A stretch of 64,000 bases of DNA from Limnoglobus sp. (lineage in GTDB: Bacteria; Planctomycetota; Planctomycetia; Gemmatales; Gemmataceae): the NCBI GenBank assembly GCA_043780595.1, contig JAYWCL010000143.1:333-64332 (forward strand), in the 5' to 3' direction. The position numbers were made by a program, and so were the translations under genes. Of the stretch, positions 1 through 8,568 are shown piece after piece. Below the pieces are notes generated by a model. The model was not told the origin of the DNA. It saw only the letters and a list, made by a program, of their open reading frames with translations, and made no database searches. How positions within the stretch are numbered: position 1 is the stretch's first letter; each line of letters starts with the position of its first letter.

Positions 1-213
1 ATCCGTCGTGTCGCGAAACAACGCCGCCACAATTTGCTCCGGCGTTCGCACGAATCGATCCACCGAATACAGGCAGCCCAACGTCGCCATCCGACGATTG
101 CCGGGGCGTTCTTTTTTGTCGAACGCGGGCACGCGCTGCGCATCCGCTTTCACCAGCGGCACGCCTTTGCCGTCGGCCAGCCATATTTTTTTCATTTCGA
201 TCTCAGTTTCCAT
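1..213 (-). mobile_element. 5'-truncated IS transposase fragment, ISKra4-like; runs off the window edge
   Basis: Not in the ORF track. The minus frame 213->1 reads METEIEMKKIWLADGKGVPLVKADAQRVPAFDKKERPGNRRMATLGCLYSVDRFVRTPEQIVAALFRDTTD. ADGKGVP...RMATLG.YSVDRFVRTPE resembles the internal first-Asp region of ISKra4-family DDE transposases (recalled, not searched). An in-frame TGA lies just upstream, so the N-terminal part is missing. Confidence 0.55.
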
Positions 214-393
214 CGCATTTCACACGACTTCCCGCCGATAATCTAATTCACGATTCGCCGTTGCGATCTCAAAATTTGCAGCATATTTCGGAAAATATTA
301 CACAAACTGCCAAGCCTGCAAATCCTCACTCGTTCCACTTTCACCAGCACGAATTCGTAACATGATCGTTACCTACATCCAGAGGATCGGACA

Positions 394-1854
394 ATGTCGC
401 AGGCAGTCGTCGGCGTGAAGAATCGTCAGCTTTTTATTAACGGGCAGTGGTGCGATGCCTCGACGGGGAAGACGCTCGCCGTCATTAACCCCGCCACCGA
501 AGGCAGCATCGCCGATGTTGCGTTTGGGAGCCGCGACGATTGTCGGAAGGCGATCGCCGCCGCTTCTGCCGCGTTCCCGGCATGGATGAAAACGACCGCC
601 TACGACCGGGCGAAGATCCTCAAAAAGACTGCCGACCTGATGCGCGAACGGGCCGATACCCTCGCCCGCACGTTGACGATGGAACAAGGCAAACCGTTGC
701 CCGAAGCGAAGGCGGAAGTCTTGCACTCCGCCGACACGTTCGAGTGGTTCGCGGAAGAAGGCAAACGTGCGTATGGCCAGGTGATTCCCAACAGCGCCCC
801 CGGCAAACGCCACCTCACGATCAAGCACCCCGTCGGCGTTGTCGGTGCCATCGGCCCGTGGAACTTCCCGATTACGCTGCAAGCCCGCAAGATCGCCCCG
901 GCGCTCGCGGCCGGTTGCACGATCGTCTGCAAGCCCGCCAGCCAGACGCCGCTCTCGCTGATCGGCGTGTTCGAGTGCCTCATCGACGCCGGCCTCCCAG
1001 CGGGTGTGGCGAACCTCATCATGGGGTCCGCATCGGAGATTTCGGACGAATTCATGTCGAACCCGGCGGTGCGTAAAATCAGCTTTACCGGTTCGACCGA
1101 AGTCGGCAAACACCTCATGCGACAAGCGGCCGATCAGGTCAAGCGGCTCAGCCTCGAACTGGGTGGTCATGCGCCGTTTATCGTCTTCCCCGATGCCGAC
1201 CCGGAAGTCGTCGCAAAGGCCGCCGTGCTAGGGAAGTTCCGCAACAACGGGCAAGTTTGCATCAGCCCGAGCCGCTTCTTCATCCACGAAGACATCAAAA
1301 AGCGATTCACAGAAGTGGCCGTCGAAGAAGCGCGGAAGCTCAAGCTCGGCAACGGCCTCGATGACGGCGTCGTCGTCGGCCCGATGTTCGAGAAGAAAGC
1401 GATGGACAACACCCTGTTGCTCATCGGCGACGCTACCGCAAAGGGGGCGAAGTGCCTGACTGGCGGCAAGCGTTCGACCGAATTCGACAAAGGGTATTTC
1501 TTCGAGCCGACGATCCTGAACGGCCTGTCGGACGATGCGAACTTGCTGACCGATGAACCGTTCGCCCCCGTGATGCCGATCCTTGATTTCCGCAAGATGG
1601 ACGATGTGATCGCCGCCGCGAACCGCACCAAATACGGCCTCGCGGCCTACGTGTTTACGAACGATCTGTCCGTTGCATTCAAGATGGCGGAGGGGCTGGA
1701 AGCGGGAATCATCGGCATGAACGACCCGGTGCCGGCCACGCCGCAATGCCCGTTCGGCGGCATGAAAGAGTCCGGCATCGGCCGCGAACTCGGCCACGAA
1801 GGACTCGAAGCCTACCTCGAAACGAAGTACCTTTCGATCAAACTGCGGGACTGA
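394..1854 (+). CDS. gabD: NAD(P)-dependent succinate-semialdehyde dehydrogenase (aldehyde dehydrogenase family)
   Basis: 486 aa with ALDH motifs PWNFP, FTGSTEVG, LELGGHAP, catalytic Cys in GQVCIS, and PFGGMKESGIGRE. Confidence 0.9.
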   Translation: MSQAVVGVKNRQLFINGQWCDASTGKTLAVINPATEGSIADVAFGSRDDCRKAIAAASAAFPAWMKTTAYDRAKILKKTADLMRERADTLARTLTMEQGKPLPEAKAEVLHSADTFEWFAEEGKRAYGQVIPNSAPGKRHLTIKHPVGVVGAIGPWNFPITLQARKIAPALAAGCTIVCKPASQTPLSLIGVFECLIDAGLPAGVANLIMGSASEISDEFMSNPAVRKISFTGSTEVGKHLMRQAADQVKRLSLELGGHAPFIVFPDADPEVVAKAAVLGKFRNNGQVCISPSRFFIHEDIKKRFTEVAVEEARKLKLGNGLDDGVVVGPMFEKKAMDNTLLLIGDATAKGAKCLTGGKRSTEFDKGYFFEPTILNGLSDDANLLTDEPFAPVMPILDFRKMDDVIAAANRTKYGLAAYVFTNDLSVAFKMAEGLEAGIIGMNDPVPATPQCPFGGMKESGIGRELGHEGLEAYLETKYLSIKLRD

Positions 1855-1909
1855 TTGCCATTTCGCATCGCGCATTTCATACGTACGTTTTCGTAGCACA
1901 CTACCCAAA

Positions 1910-1939
1910 ACACGATTACACCGTATCGTGTAATCGTGT
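1910..1939. promoter_or_regulatory. Perfect 12-6-12 inverted repeat, probable ArsR operator
   Basis: ACACGATTACAC-cgtatc-GTGTAATCGTGT, 15 nt before the arsR start. It is AT-rich with no U-tract, so an operator is more likely than a terminator. Confidence 0.6.
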
Positions 1940-1954
1940 CTTATGGGAGTAATC

Positions 1955-2311
1955 GTGGCGAAAGCGAAGGTCGAATGCTGCGAGTTGCCGCCGCTGAAGA
2001 GCCGGCGGTTGATGTCGCCGGTTCAGGCGGGCGGGTTGGCCGCGGTGTTCAAGGTGCTCGCGAACGACACGCGGTTGCGGTTGTTGCACGCGATCGTGCG
2101 GGCGGATGAACTGTGCGTGACGGACTTGGCGAAGACGCTCGGAATGAAACCGCAAGCGGTGTCGAATCAACTCCAACGCCTTTCGGATTTGGGTATTCTC
2201 GTGTCGCGACGCGAGGGGAACAACATCCACTACCGTCTGGTGGATCGGTGCGTGAAAGGGTTACTCGAACAAGGCTGGTGCCTCATGGACGAAGTCGCGG
2301 GGGAGTCTTGA
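1955..2311 (+). CDS. arsR: ArsR/SmtB family metalloregulatory repressor
   Basis: FKVLANDTRLRLL, ELCVTDLA, AVSNQLQRL, RREGNNIHYRL. GTG start at 1955 follows GGGAG RBS; N-terminal CC pair (ECCELP). Confidence 0.85.
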   Translation: MAKAKVECCELPPLKSRRLMSPVQAGGLAAVFKVLANDTRLRLLHAIVRADELCVTDLAKTLGMKPQAVSNQLQRLSDLGILVSRREGNNIHYRLVDRCVKGLLEQGWCLMDEVAGES

Positions 2312-2964
2312 TGCGAGCCGCGTTTGCAGAAGCGTTCGGTACGTTTGCGATGGTGTTTGCGGGTACGGGCGCGATCGTCGTCAATGCTACGCATGGCGGG
2401 TCGATCACGCACGTCGGCATCGCGCTGACGTTCGGCTTGATCGTGCTGGCGATGATTTATGCCATCGGCGATATTTCGGGGGCACATCTAAACCCAGCCG
2501 TCACGCTCGGGTTCGTGGTGGCTGGGCTGTTCCCGTTGCGGAAGGTACCGGTTTACTTGCTCGCACAAGCCGCTGGAGCCTTTACGGCAAGCGTGTTGTT
2601 GCACCAGATGTTCCCCGAACACGCCACGCTCGGTGCAACGTTGCCAGCCGGTTCGCCGGGGCAATCGTGGCTCATGGAGTTCATCCTGACGCTAATTTTG
2701 ATGACCGTCATACTCGGCGTCTCGACGGGATCGAAGGAAAAAGGCGTGCTGGCGGGGATCGCCGTCGGAGCGGTCATCGGGCTGGAAGCGATGTTTGCGG
2801 GGCCGGTCAGCGGGGCATCGATGAACCCGATCCGCTCGCTCACGCCGGCAGTGGTATCGGGGCGGTTGGAACATGTGTGGGTGTACCTGACCGCGCCGGT
2901 AGCCGGTGCGATTGCCGGTGTCGGAGTCTGGGCGGTGATCCGCCCACGGGAGAACGGACTATGA
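2311..2964 (+). CDS. MIP/aquaglyceroporin, AqpS-like arsenite channel
   Basis: Six hydrophobic segments, ISGAHLNPAVT and SGASMNPIRS (second motif is NPI). ATG at 2311 overlaps the arsR TGA. Confidence 0.88.
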   Translation: MRAAFAEAFGTFAMVFAGTGAIVVNATHGGSITHVGIALTFGLIVLAMIYAIGDISGAHLNPAVTLGFVVAGLFPLRKVPVYLLAQAAGAFTASVLLHQMFPEHATLGATLPAGSPGQSWLMEFILTLILMTVILGVSTGSKEKGVLAGIAVGAVIGLEAMFAGPVSGASMNPIRSLTPAVVSGRLEHVWVYLTAPVAGAIAGVGVWAVIRPRENGL

Positions 2965-3347
2965 AGCATGTGTTGTTCGTGTGCGTCGAGAACTCGAACC
3001 GTAGCCAGATGGCAGAGGCCTTCGCGAGAATGCACGCACCGGCGGGCGTCGAAGGGCACAGTGCCGGCTCGCGGCCATCGGGCAAAGTGAACCCGCGTGC
3101 GGTCGAGTTCATGGCCGAGTGCAGTTACGATTTGACGACGCACCGGTCCAAATCGACGGCGGAATTCGACGGACGAGAGGTCGAAGTCGCGGTGACGATG
3201 GGCTGCGGCGACGAATGCCCGCTGGTGAACGCGAAACGCCGCGAAGAGTGGCAAATCCCCGACCCCAAGGAATTGTCGTCCGAGGAATATCGCCGCATTC
3301 GCAATCTCATCGAGCAAAAGGTGAAAGAACTTCTGGCGAGCGTGTGA
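2961..3347 (+). CDS. arsC: Arsenate reductase, LMW-PTP fold (thioredoxin-type)
   Basis: P-loop CVENSNRSQMAE (CX5R), redox pair TMGCGDECP, W.IPDP; ATGA overlap with the MIP gene. Confidence 0.9.
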   Translation: MKHVLFVCVENSNRSQMAEAFARMHAPAGVEGHSAGSRPSGKVNPRAVEFMAECSYDLTTHRSKSTAEFDGREVEVAVTMGCGDECPLVNAKRREEWQIPDPKELSSEEYRRIRNLIEQKVKELLASV

Positions 3348-3357
3348 TGTGCGAGTT

Positions 3358-4476
3358 TCACTTGCTACGTGGGGTTGCAGACCAATCGCCGATTACGACT
3401 TCAATCGTTCGCATTTGTCGCTCGCGCCAGACCCCCAACCGAACGCGATGGGCGGGTGGCAGGTTGCTAATGAGGTTGATCAGGTGGTTTTCATCGCGTA
3501 ATTCGACGGTTTCCATCTTTAAAATCACGTCACTTAGCTTCAGTCCTGCTGTGGCAGCGGGGCTGTTCGGGTGTACGCCATCGACCAACGCCCCGCGTAC
3601 GCGGTCGAGGCCGAGACGGAGTGCTTCCGAAGGTTCGAGCGTCGGCGCGAGTTGCACGCCGAGGTAACCGCGATGGATGACGCCTTTTTCGAGCAATTCC
3701 TTGCCGATTCGCTTCACGAGATTGATCGGAATACTGAACGCCACGCCACTGTTGTTGCCGTTGTTCGAGGCAATTGCCGTGTTGATGCCAATCACATTGC
3801 CATCGGTGGCAACGAGTGGGCCGCCACTCGAACCGGGGTTGATTGCGGCATCGGTTTGCAGGAACTCCTTGATGCGGATCGTGTTACCGAGGCTGATCTG
3901 CCCGCGATCTTTAGCCGAAATGATGCCGTGAGTGACCGTCTGGCTGAGGCCGAACGGGCTACCGAACGCCAACACCCATTGGCCCACACGAACGCGGTCG
4001 CTGTCACCCATCGTGGCGGGTCGCAGATTCGTGGCATCCAATGCGAGCATTGCGACGTCCGATTCGGGGTCCGACCAGACGCGAACGGGGCGGAGTATGC
4101 GACCATCGTTCAAAGTAACGGTAATTTCCTCGGCTTTGGCCCCACTCACGACGTGATTGTTCGTAACCGCGATGATGCCTTTGTAACCATCGAACTGCAA
4201 CAATACACCCGAACCCGATTCTTCCTGCGGTTTGCCCTTATTAGAAGTGCTCGCCACTTGAGACTTGACCGCATCGATGGCTACCACCGATGGTGCAAGT
4301 CTGGCAACGATGCTATCGAACGTATCGGTTGCGGGGGCGAAATTCGCAGGCGCGGCAGGCAACGGACTCGGCTCCGCTCCAACGGGTTGCGTCGGATGGC
4401 TGAAAACGCTAATCGACGCCCCGCCGGCCATTGCGCCGAGAAAGGTGAGCAGTAAACGGGGGAAACGATTCCGCAT
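3358..4476 (-). CDS. HtrA/DegP-like serine protease with one PDZ domain
   Basis: Signal/TM MRNRFPRLLLTFLGAM, intact triad TNNHV / SDVAML / INPGSSGGPL, PDZ GYLGVQL...SPAATAGL. Start placed at ATG 4476. Confidence 0.9.
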   Translation of the reverse strand: MRNRFPRLLLTFLGAMAGGASISVFSHPTQPVGAEPSPLPAAPANFAPATDTFDSIVARLAPSVVAIDAVKSQVASTSNKGKPQEESGSGVLLQFDGYKGIIAVTNNHVVSGAKAEEITVTLNDGRILRPVRVWSDPESDVAMLALDATNLRPATMGDSDRVRVGQWVLAFGSPFGLSQTVTHGIISAKDRGQISLGNTIRIKEFLQTDAAINPGSSGGPLVATDGNVIGINTAIASNNGNNSGVAFSIPINLVKRIGKELLEKGVIHRGYLGVQLAPTLEPSEALRLGLDRVRGALVDGVHPNSPAATAGLKLSDVILKMETVELRDENHLINLISNLPPAHRVRLGVWRERQMRTIEVVIGDWSATPRSK

Positions 4477-4634
4477 GGTTGGCCGATCCGCGTGGCAGGG
4501 ATCCGCCGGGTTCGGTCGATAACAACGACAACGAACCGTGGGCGACAAATCCAATCTATCGGCTGCGGTTTTCAGAACTGGAAGGAAAAGCGAAACATAG
4601 TCCGGAAACGACTTTTGCGAGGCGTCAAAATACG

Positions 4635-4669
4635 AAAAAGGCCCGCAGTCTACGCAGACGTTGCGGGCC
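4635..4669 (-). terminator. Intrinsic terminator of the dksA-like gene
   Basis: Minus strand GGCCCGCA-AC-GUCU-GCGU-AGAC-UGCGGGCC-UUUUU. Confidence 0.75.
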
Positions 4670-4698
4670 GGAAAGGCATCAGGTTCGACGCGAAACGA

Positions 4699-5151
4699 TC
4701 ACTTGCTGTAATCGACTTCAAAGTCCGAGAGCCGAACTTCCTTGTCGTCGGAACCGTGGTCGCGAACTTTCTCCCAGTTCGCGATCTCGTGGTCCGCTTC
4801 CCAGTTGCCATCCTTCTCGGAATCGCGTTGGCAGCGTATGCACATCGTCGAGTAAGGCAGCGCACTCAGCCGCGCCACGGGGATTTTGCACTCGCAACCG
4901 TCGCAAATGCCGTACATTCCTTGCTTGATTCGCAGCAAAGCGCGGTCGATTTGCGAGAGTTCCTTCGCTTCGAGTTCGGCGAGTTGGGAGGCGAGTTCTT
5001 CGCCGACATTGTCGAATGCCGCATCGGCCGCATCGCCGCTAGTGAGGCTGTTCGAGAGGCCATCCAGGTCACCACCGAGCCGTTTGCTCAGCACCAAACG
5101 GCGGCCCAAGAGGGTATTCTGCATCTTGTGTAGTGCGTCTAGTCTTGCCAT
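4699..5151 (-). CDS. dksA: TraR/DksA C4 zinc-finger transcription factor
   Basis: Coiled coil with DAADAA (DxxDxA) tip; YGICDGC...ARLSALP...CIRCQ. Start placed at ATG 5151. Confidence 0.85.
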   Translation of the reverse strand: MARLDALHKMQNTLLGRRLVLSKRLGGDLDGLSNSLTSGDAADAAFDNVGEELASQLAELEAKELSQIDRALLRIKQGMYGICDGCECKIPVARLSALPYSTMCIRCQRDSEKDGNWEADHEIANWEKVRDHGSDDKEVRLSDFEVDYSK

Positions 5152-5462
5152 GGCTATGTCCTCCAGCAGAATCCGTGCCAACATCACAATTGTGCAACGG
5201 ACCGCATCATTTAACGTTTGTGATCGTTTCAGTGGAAATCGTACAAAACGACTTTTGATTCACTCACAGAACTATAGCTGACGCGTCAATGTCTCTTTCA
5301 AGAAATTCGCCCGAATTGCCGATTTGTACGACACAAAACGTGTCGAATTGTGCGGAATCACGCGAGCTGTCACGACGCTAAACGCTGTGCGGTATGGAGT
5401 TGCGAATATCGGTTTGCAAAAGCAGACATCCGTGTCGTTCGTAGCGCGCCGTTGCAATTCTG

Positions 5463-6557
5463 TTACGATTGAAGGTTCTGAAGCATTTCTCGGAGCGCCA
5501 CCAGTCGGCGACCGCGGAGATCTTCGATATTCAACGCCTTGAGGAATCGACGTCTTAATGAGGACTGCAATTCCTCAATCGCCGTATCCGATTTTCCTGC
5601 CAAGCTGATACAGCCACCCGCGCGACGATCGTGGCCACCGGCGTTGCCCAGTTTGCCGACGACGGTGCGCAAGATGTCGCCCGCTTTTGCGTGCGGCAAT
5701 GCCGAACGCACCGAGATGATGAGCTTGTCCTTATGGATGCCACAACAGACTGCCCAATCGACTTTCTCGAAGCGGATCATGAAATCGACCACCTCGGCCG
5801 CCTGTTCGGGTTGAGGTAAATCGTTGACCCAGCTGATGACGAAACGATCGTAAAGAAACGAGCTTTGGAGGGCTTCAAGCAAACACTCGAAGTGGCTGTG
5901 CGGCAGGCGTGCGTTGCGGATTTGGGCGAGAAGATCCTTATCGGTAAGGCCGAATAGGTAGTTCATCACTTCATCGTCGGCTTCGGTGGCTTCGCGGGGA
6001 TAGCCCGTAACCTCAGTCTCGATCCCATAATACAGCGATGAAGCGAGCTTTTCGGTGAGCGTGACGCCTTGTTCGATGAGGTACTTCGTGACGAGCGTGC
6101 AGGTTGCGCCCATGTTGGGCCGGACATCGACGAAAGCCACGTCTTCGAGGTCGCCAGGCGTTTCGTGGTGGTCGATGACCGCGTAAAGTGGGACGTTTTC
6201 GTCGAAGGTGTGCCGACCGGTTTTCGGCTGGCTATCGACCATGACGACCGCATCGCCTTTGTGCCAATCGACTTCCTTAATCGGGATCAAATCGAGGTTT
6301 AACGTATCGACTAAGGCGCGATTTTCGGCACGGCTGATTGGGCCATCTTGCGTGAGGATCGTCGGCTTATTCGTCAGCGTTTCGATCAGGTGGGCCAGCC
6401 CGAACATGCTGCCAAGCCCGTCGGGGTCGGCATGAATGTGGGTGACTAAAACCACCCGTTCGTATGCACTTAAACCACTCAAGAAGCGATCCGAGCGTCG
6501 AAGCCCCATGGTCTTGGGTATGCCGTTTCGCACCGCACCGGCTGATGGCCGAGCCAT
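5463..6557 (-). CDS. DHH/DHHA1 family phosphoesterase (NrnA-like)
   Basis: HIHADPDGLGS, VMVDSQ, VIDHHET, GATCT, GGHDRRAGG. Confidence 0.88.
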   Translation of the reverse strand: MARPSAGAVRNGIPKTMGLRRSDRFLSGLSAYERVVLVTHIHADPDGLGSMFGLAHLIETLTNKPTILTQDGPISRAENRALVDTLNLDLIPIKEVDWHKGDAVVMVDSQPKTGRHTFDENVPLYAVIDHHETPGDLEDVAFVDVRPNMGATCTLVTKYLIEQGVTLTEKLASSLYYGIETEVTGYPREATEADDEVMNYLFGLTDKDLLAQIRNARLPHSHFECLLEALQSSFLYDRFVISWVNDLPQPEQAAEVVDFMIRFEKVDWAVCCGIHKDKLIISVRSALPHAKAGDILRTVVGKLGNAGGHDRRAGGCISLAGKSDTAIEELQSSLRRRFLKALNIEDLRGRRLVALREMLQNLQS

Positions 6558-6878
6558 ACGTCGCGGACCTCATTTAAGACCCCGCAGCAGCGGGTAATCG
6601 TCGATCGGAATGCAATTCCGTCTCGATCAGTTTACCGCCAGTTCGGTCGCTCGCCAAGAAACAGTTCGCAATAAATCCGATGCCGAGCGACCGGAAGGGC
6701 GGTAGTTTCGACGTAAGTCGGAATTCAAGAGGCTCAAAAACCGTTTTTTGGGGTCTTTTTCGGTTTTTTGCGACCCGAAATGCCTCTGTTTCGATCGCAA
6801 ACCACTGATCTGTTTTCCGTATCTCGATCTCTTACAGAACCTTATGACGATAGCAACGATTCGAGACTCGCTGCAATT

Positions 6879-6983
6879 ACCGACCGTTTCGCGACACAAT
6901 GCGACCGTTTCGTGTCGAAATGCGACCATTCTGTGTCATTTGCGCGCACTTCTATGTCATTTGGCGACATTTCTGTGTACGTC
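6879..6983. repeat. Five degenerate 21-bp tandem repeats in the divergent DHH-lysA intergenic region
   Basis: accgaccgtttcgcgacacaa / tgcgaccgtttcgtgtcgaaa / tgcgaccattctgtgtcattt / gcgcgcacttctatgtcattt / ggcgacatttctgtgtacgtc. Confidence 0.6.
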
Positions 6984-7166
6984 CGTGCAGCGACGCGAAT
7001 TTCGACTTACGTCAGATCGCGTTTCACTTCTTGACAGATGGCATTCGTGTGGGTGAGTGCGGAACTCGAAGTCTTCAAAAACATTGCCAGATATCGAACC
7101 GATTCCGGTGCGACACTGTAAGATATGCGGACACCATTACCGAGCTAACTGCGAGACTCGCCAGAT

Positions 7167-8456
7167 ATGGATCATTTTGCCTACCGCAACCGGGAACTGT
7201 TCTGCGAAGACGTGCCCGTACAAGAGTTGGCCGAGACGTACGGTACTCCGCTCTACGTCTATAGCGAAGCGACGCTCGTTCACCACCTGACGCAGATTCA
7301 GAATGCGTTTGCGTCGGCGAACCCGATCATTTGCTATAGCGTCAAAACCAATGGTAACCTGAGCATTTGCAGCCTGATGGCGAAGCACGGCAGCGGGTTC
7401 GATGTCACGTCGGGTGGCGAACTGTACAAAGCTTTACACGCCGGTTCGACCGGCTCGAAGATCGTGTTCGCGGGCGTCGGCAAAACGGACGCGGAGATGA
7501 AGTACGCACTCGAAAACGATGTGTTCCTGTTCAACGTCGAAAGCGAAGCCGAACTGCACGCACTCGGTGCGGTGGCGAAGTCGCTCGGCAAAGTCGCTCC
7601 GGTGGCACTGCGTGTGAATCCGGACCTACCGCCGAAAACGCACGCGAAAACCGATACGAGCGTCAAAGGCGTCAAATTCGGCTTAGATATCGACACAATC
7701 CTCGAAGTCGCCGAGCGCGTGGTCGGCCATCCGAATATCGGGATCGTCGGGTTGCACATGCACCTCGGCTCGCCGATTCTGTCTGCCGAGCCGTACCGCA
7801 AAGGCGGCGAGAAGGCGGTGCAACTGATTAACGCCCTGCGAAAACAGGGCCACGCGATCAAGTACCTCAACATGGGCGGCGGCTTCGGCATCCATTACCG
7901 CAAGCAAGAAGCTCTGCCCGCGACGGCGTTCGCCGAAGCGATTCTGCCCGTCGTCGAAGAAACCGGCTGTCGCCTCGTGCTCGAACCCGGACGGTTCATC
8001 GTCGGAAATGCCGGGTTACTCGTTAGCCGCGTGATTTTCACGAAAGAAACGGGCGGCAAGCATTACGTCATTCAAGATGCGGCCATGAACGACTTGATCC
8101 GCCCGACACTGTACGACTCGTTCCACCGGATCTGGCCGGTACACCCGGATGCGACCGTGCCCGAACGGCCCGACGATTTTGAAGCCGAAATTCCCGGAAC
8201 GCGGATGCAAGATGTCGTCGGCCCCGTGTGCGAATCGGGCGACTATCTGGCGAAAGGCCGGAACCTGCCCGAGATGAAACGCGGCGATTTGCTCGCGGTG
8301 TTCAGCGCCGGCGCATACGGAATGTCGATGTCGTCGAACTACAATGCGCGGGTTCGGGCGGCGGAAGTCCTCGTTACAGGCCGCACTCACCGCCTGATCC
8401 GTCGTCGCGAGACATTTCGCGATTTAGTGGCGTGCGAAGAGGATTGCTTAACCTGA
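7167..8456 (+). CDS. lysA: Diaminopimelate decarboxylase
   Basis: YSVKTN (PLP Lys), FDVTSGGE, SKFG-like VKFG, HMHLGS, EPGRFIVGNAG, GPVCESGD, AGAYGMSMSSNYN. Confidence 0.95.
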   Translation: MDHFAYRNRELFCEDVPVQELAETYGTPLYVYSEATLVHHLTQIQNAFASANPIICYSVKTNGNLSICSLMAKHGSGFDVTSGGELYKALHAGSTGSKIVFAGVGKTDAEMKYALENDVFLFNVESEAELHALGAVAKSLGKVAPVALRVNPDLPPKTHAKTDTSVKGVKFGLDIDTILEVAERVVGHPNIGIVGLHMHLGSPILSAEPYRKGGEKAVQLINALRKQGHAIKYLNMGGGFGIHYRKQEALPATAFAEAILPVVEETGCRLVLEPGRFIVGNAGLLVSRVIFTKETGGKHYVIQDAAMNDLIRPTLYDSFHRIWPVHPDATVPERPDDFEAEIPGTRMQDVVGPVCESGDYLAKGRNLPEMKRGDLLAVFSAGAYGMSMSSNYNARVRAAEVLVTGRTHRLIRRRETFRDLVACEEDCLT

Positions 8457-8568
8457 GTACGACGCGCACAATGGGAACTAGGTGTCCGGGCGCGCACGCA
8501 ACCGCCGGACCGTTTGCGAATTGCCTTGGAAGACCAGCAAACGACGGTGCCCTCTGGAGGAACACCCG

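Noticed and set aside
4621-4701. UGA read-through of dksA into a CVDC motif
   Set aside because: The protein ends naturally and the downstream sequence is its intrinsic terminator. Other TGA-ending genes I checked also showed no in-frame continuation with a SECIS-like hairpin.
6560-7166. Lysine riboswitch upstream of lysA
   Set aside because: I could not find the conserved AGAGG..G core, multi-stem junction or terminator.
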